Positions 52,558 to 56,183 of a stretch of DNA of 56,183 nt are shown one piece after another; position 1 is the first letter of the stretch, and each line of letters begins with the position of its first letter. The DNA is from Chloroflexota bacterium (lineage in GTDB: Bacteria > Chloroflexota > Anaerolineae > Aggregatilineales > J027): assembly GCA_010092845.1 (NCBI GenBank), contig JAADYW010000098.1, positions 1 to 56,183 of the forward strand, read 5' to 3'. The notes below the pieces were generated by a model that ran no database searches, had not been told where the DNA came from, and saw only the letters and a program-made list of their open reading frames with translations. The position numbers and the translations under genes are program-made.

Positions 52558-53718
52558 TTAGACCTTGCCACGGAGGCGCGGGTCAAGTGCGTCGCGCAAG
52601 CCATCACCAAAGAAGTTGAAGGCTAGGGTCAAGGCAACAAGCGCGATGCTGGGTACCAGCACAATGTGCCGGTTTGAGAACAACCCACCTTGCTGACGGA
52701 TACGACTGATCATTTCGCCCCAACTAGGTACGCCGGGTTGGACGCCAAGTCCAATGAAGCTCAGGAAGGCTTCGGTGAAGATATAGCCCGGGATTGCCAG
52801 AGTCTCGGCTACCAGCAGTGGACCGATGACGTTGGGAAGCAGATGCACAAAAATGATGCGCCGGTCGCTCGCGCCAACCGCACGGGCAGCCTCTACAAAC
52901 TCCTTCTCACGGTAGGAAAGCACCTGGCCACGCGCCAGACGCGCCATACCGATCCAACTGAGTAAGCCAATCGCAATGAAGAGGAAGAAGAGGCCCCCCA
53001 TTGATTTGTCCAAGCCGACAACGAAACCGACAATGCCTTCGCTATCACTATACTCTCGGGAAATCTCGCGGAAGTACACTTGCATCAGGATGATAATCAC
53101 CAGGCCGGGGATACCATACAGGAAGTCGACGAAACGCATCATGACGTTATCCAGCCGGCCGCCATAGTACCCTGAGATCACACCGTAGATAATGCCAACA
53201 ATGAGGCTGACTGTCGAGCCAGTTACGGCGACAGCGAGTGACACCTGCGAGCCATATACGGTCTGTGACAACCAATCCTTACCCTGAGAGTCGCCACCAA
53301 GCAGGTAACACCATTGGCGTTGTTCCAGATCTTCCTCAGTGAGATCAGGTCGGCCACATTTGTCCGAGAAACGTAGTTGTTCCTCGGGGCTGAGGTACGC
53401 GCACCACTGTTCATCGCGATCCAGGTTATCTCGGGCACAGTGCCCAGGATCTGGCCAGGCGTCCACGCCTTCCCATCCAGTCGGGTTAATGGTATGGGTA
53501 GCGCGATACCCGCGTGCGTGATCGAGCAAACCGACCTGTGTCCAGATGCCGGCAGTCAATGCCATGAACAGAAAGAACAAGATCACAAAGAACGCCACCA
53601 CCGAAGCTTTGTTGTGGCGAAATTGCCGTAGAGCATCTCCCATTGGGGAGGAGTGCTTCTGGCTTATTGACTCATCATCAATTAGTTGTACAGGCTTTGA
53701 TTCATTTGATTCGGCCAT
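52558..53718 (-). CDS. Oligopeptide/dipeptide-type ABC transporter permease (OppC/DppC-like) with four-Cys extracytoplasmic loop
   Basis: Carries 'LLGGDSQGKDWLSQTVYGSQVSL' and the EAA loop 'FVEAARAVGASDRRIIFVHLLPN'. The enlarged TM1-TM2 loop holds Cys94, Cys106, Cys121 and Cys137. Confidence 0.8.
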   Translation of the reverse strand: MAESNESKPVQLIDDESISQKHSSPMGDALRQFRHNKASVVAFFVILFFLFMALTAGIWTQVGLLDHARGYRATHTINPTGWEGVDAWPDPGHCARDNLDRDEQWCAYLSPEEQLRFSDKCGRPDLTEEDLEQRQWCYLLGGDSQGKDWLSQTVYGSQVSLAVAVTGSTVSLIVGIIYGVISGYYGGRLDNVMMRFVDFLYGIPGLVIIILMQVYFREISREYSDSEGIVGFVVGLDKSMGGLFFLFIAIGLLSWIGMARLARGQVLSYREKEFVEAARAVGASDRRIIFVHLLPNVIGPLLVAETLAIPGYIFTEAFLSFIGLGVQPGVPSWGEMISRIRQQGGLFSNRHIVLVPSIALVALTLAFNFFGDGLRDALDPRLRGKV

Positions 53719-53799
53719 AAACGATCTCCTCTATGTACTTACCATCCGCATTACAGCACCTCAAGTATATTTTTGGAACAGGTGTATCGCGTCGTTTTT

Positions 53800-53875
53800 A
53801 GCCTTTGCTTTTCTACTGCCAGTAGTAGGCAAAGGTTCAACTCTAGGCCCTCCGCAATCAGCTGCTGAGCTGATT
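53800..53875 (-). other. Two stable hairpins in the 197-nt oppF-oppC intergenic spacer
   Basis: Hairpin 1 (53800-53837) pairs cctttgc with gcaaagg, with an inner ctact/agtag stem. Hairpin 2 (53856-53875) pairs aatcagct with agctgatt across a 4-nt loop. Neither has a U-tract in the direction of transcription. Confidence 0.45.
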
Positions 53876-53915
53876 AGCGCGATAGCCGCAACGTAACGCT
53901 ACGCCAATCACTGCT

Positions 53916-54956
53916 TTATGTTACGCGGTGACAGGCAACCCAATGCTCGGGCAGGATTTCGATCAAATCGGGCTCCAACTCGTGACAGACATCGACCGCA
54001 ACTGGGCAGCGCGTATTGAAGTTGCAGCCAACCGGCGGATTGGCCGGGCTTGGTAGGTCGCCCTTCAGAATAATGCGCTGGCGGCTGTCTTCCACGTTGG
54101 GGTCAGGTACGGGCACGGCGGAAAGGAGCGCCTGAGTATACGGATGTAACGGATTGGTGTAAAGCTCTTCGCTTTCAGCGAGCTCAACGATCTTGCCCAG
54201 GTACATCACGGCTACGCGGTCGCAGATATGGCGGACCATACTCAAGTCGTGGGCAATGAACAGATAGGTCAATCCCAGGTCCGCCTGAAGCTGTTCGAGG
54301 AGATTCACAACCTGAGCTTGAATGGATACGTCAAGGGCCGAAATCGGCTCGTCACAAACTATAAACGATGGATCGAGCGCCAGCGCGCGGGCAATACCAA
54401 TACGTTGACGCTGGCCCCCGGAAAACTCGTGCGGATAGCGGTCTGCGAAGTACGGGTTAAGCCCGACCAGCTCGAGAAGGTCAGCCACGCGTTTTTCCCG
54501 GCTCTTGCTGTCGCCAATGCCATGGACCAGAAGCGGCTCAGCTACGATGCGTTGGACGGTCATACGCGGGTTGAGAGAGGCATAAGGGTCCTGGAAGATG
54601 ATCTGCATCTCGCGACGCATCTCACGCAATTTGTTGCCCTTAAGCGTGGTCAGTTCGACGCCTTCATATTCGACCAAACCCTCTGTAGCCCGATGCAGTT
54701 GCAGGATCGTCCGGCCTGTAGTGGACTTCCCGCAGCCACTTTCCCCCACTAGGCCCAGGGTCTCACCACGGTAGATGTCGAAGTTCAGACCATCTACAGC
54801 TTTGACGGCCGCAACCTCACGGCTGAATATAAAGCCCGATTTGATGGGGAAGTGTTTTCTTAGCCCCCGTACTTTTAACAGAACGTCTTTGCCTGAATGT
54901 TTATCTACACCAGCCACATCTGGGCTGGTTTGCTCAGTATGAATTGCTGTTGTCAT
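53916..54956 (-). CDS. Oligopeptide/dipeptide ABC transporter ATP-binding protein (OppF/DppF-like)
   Basis: Carries Walker A 'GESGCGKST', signature '[12 protein letters not shown]' and Walker B '[12 protein letters not shown]'. The C-terminal oligopeptide-transporter domain reads '[12 protein letters not shown]...CNFNTRCP'. Confidence 0.9.
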   Translation of the reverse strand: MTTAIHTEQTSPDVAGVDKHSGKDVLLKVRGLRKHFPIKSGFIFSREVAAVKAVDGLNFDIYRGETLGLVGESGCGKSTTGRTILQLHRATEGLVEYEGVELTTLKGNKLREMRREMQIIFQDPYASLNPRMTVQRIVAEPLLVHGIGDSKSREKRVADLLELVGLNPYFADRYPHEFSGGQRQRIGIARALALDPSFIVCDEPISALDVSIQAQVVNLLEQLQADLGLTYLFIAHDLSMVRHICDRVAVMYLGKIVELAESEELYTNPLHPYTQALLSAVPVPDPNVEDSRQRIILKGDLPSPANPPVGCNFNTRCPVAVDVCHELEPDLIEILPEHWVACHRVT

Positions 54957-55038
54957 ATAACCTTATCCCACGAAGACACCCAGGAGTGCGCCACAAATGA
55001 CGCCTCTAATGACGATAAATACTACTTCATGTAAAGCG

Positions 55039-56046
55039 CTAGACGACCATTTCTGGACGGGTTTTTTCTGCTGTGCGTACATCTACCCAGCATGCAGCCA
55101 GGTGCTCACCATTGCCATCGGCCACAGGCTCCAGCGGTGTCATATGATCATTACATTTGCTGATTACGTATGGGCAGCGGGGTGCAAAGGGACACCCTTT
55201 GGGAAGTGTCTGCAAATCCGGGGGAGACCCCAGAATAGACGAAAGCTTCTGGTTCTTTTTGTCTAGCCGTGGTAGTGAAGCCAGCAACCCCTGGGTATAG
55301 GGATGGCGTGTATCGTGGAAGATCTGCTTCACGGGGCCACGCTCAACGATGTAGCCAGCATACATAACCTGGAGGGTATCCGCTAGGCCGGCGACCACCG
55401 CCAGGTCATGCGTAATCCAGATCATCGACATGCCGATTTTATCGCGCAGACGGCGCACCAGCTCGAGGATTTGCGCCTGGATGGTCACATCCAAGGCAGT
55501 GGTTGGCTCGTCGGCGATAAGCAATTGAGGGTTACAGGAGAGAGCCATCGCGATCATCGCACGTTGGCGCATCCCGCCGGAGAATTGATGGGGATAGTCG
55601 TTCAAACGACGATCTGCCAGAGGGATACCGACCATCGACAGCAATTCAGTTGCGCGGTGTCGTGCCTGGTCATTGTCCATGCCGAGGTGCAGCTTTAAAG
55701 CCTCTGTAATCTGCCGGCCAATAGTCAGGACAGGATTAAGCGATGTCATGGGATCCTGGAACACCATCGCGATCTCGGCACCACGGACTAGCCGCATTTC
55801 ATCACGTGACAGCTTCAGCAGACTGCGGTCGCGAAATGTCACCTCACCTTCAATTACCGCGGGTGGTCGGGGAAGCAGCCCCATGATTGCAAGTGAATGG
55901 ACACTCTTGCCGCAGCCGCTTTCGCCCACAACACCCAGGGTCTCACCTTCGTGCAGGTTGTAGGACACGCCATTAACGGCATAAACCGTGTTCTGCTCCA
56001 TCTCGAAGCGGACCTTCAGGTCTTTTACTTCCATCAAGACGTTCAA
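55039..56046 (-). CDS. Oligopeptide/dipeptide ABC transporter ATP-binding protein (OppD/DppD-like)
   Basis: Carries Walker A 'GESGCGKS', signature '[12 protein letters not shown]', Walker B '[12 protein letters not shown]', '[12 protein letters not shown]' and 'CPFAPRCP'. Confidence 0.9.
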   Translation of the reverse strand: MNVLMEVKDLKVRFEMEQNTVYAVNGVSYNLHEGETLGVVGESGCGKSVHSLAIMGLLPRPPAVIEGEVTFRDRSLLKLSRDEMRLVRGAEIAMVFQDPMTSLNPVLTIGRQITEALKLHLGMDNDQARHRATELLSMVGIPLADRRLNDYPHQFSGGMRQRAMIAMALSCNPQLLIADEPTTALDVTIQAQILELVRRLRDKIGMSMIWITHDLAVVAGLADTLQVMYAGYIVERGPVKQIFHDTRHPYTQGLLASLPRLDKKNQKLSSILGSPPDLQTLPKGCPFAPRCPYVISKCNDHMTPLEPVADGNGEHLAACWVDVRTAEKTRPEMVV

Positions 56047-56183
56047 AAGACCGTGTCTCCTTCCAGTTCTAAGTTCAAATAACCCTAGTTTGAGCGCGAA
56101 TTTGTGAGATTTTAAGCGAACTCATGGGAGTTTGCAATATTTCCGCACCCGCCGGCTTATTTGATTACGACACACTTCTAGTA

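Noticed and set aside
1-56183. I looked for CRISPR arrays, tRNA and rRNA genes, IS elements, integrases, toxin-antitoxin pairs, reverse transcriptases and prophage genes.
   Set aside because: I saw no regularly spaced direct repeats, tRNA-like cloverleaf sequences in the intergenic regions, DDE or tyrosine-recombinase motifs, or RT motifs in any supplied translation. All intergenic regions are under 410 nt.

Overview
This is a 56.2-kb stretch of a moderately GC-rich bacterial chromosome. The gene content and fused architectures look Chloroflexota-like or Terrabacteria-like, but that is inference only. I found no rRNA or tRNA genes, CRISPR arrays, transposases, integrases or phage genes. All family calls come from motifs read by eye in the supplied translations, with no HMM or BLAST support.

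Nt 1-26,000 is mixed-strand, mostly housekeeping. It holds a DUF1501 fragment, xseB, a DUF2085/DUF4126 membrane pair and two alpha/beta hydrolases. It also holds menA, an orphan CheR-TPR methyltransferase, primary sigma factor rpoD and a DHH-CBS-CCA nucleotidyltransferase fusion. Further genes are a GNAT, a cupin, an LprG-like lipoprotein plus MFS pair, a PaaK-like ligase and a PA14/SH3 secreted protein. The block ends with a threonine-synthase-like PLP enzyme fused to two receiver domains plus a stand-alone receiver, LOG, an IMPase, a RumA-type methyltransferase and a GT4 glycosyltransferase.

Nt 25,999-56,046 is one uninterrupted minus-strand block of 21 genes.

(i) An atypical Opp/Dpp-like ABC importer (48,708-56,046). 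Both permeases carry extra extracytoplasmic inserts, and a Cys-paired SH3-like-repeat lipoprotein is embedded in the operon. No canonical binding protein is present in the window.

(ii) The most interesting region is a roughly 22-kb envelope cluster (26,839-48,522). It opens with an FHA-domain membrane protein, an 860-aa envelope protein, an ABC-2 exporter and an acidic, Gln-rich membrane protein. A very tightly packed operon follows: MoxR AAA+, a 197-aa unknown, a second ABC-2 exporter, DUF58, a GT39/ArnT-like GT-C glycosyltransferase, BatA-like VWA, a double-VWA giant and a DUF2233 phosphodiester glycosidase, then a class IV aminotransferase. This looks like an expanded, functionally undescribed derivative of the Bat (MoxR/DUF58/VWA) system linked to glycan transfer and export.

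Several small regulatory candidates are also listed: terminators, palindromes and repeated hexamers.
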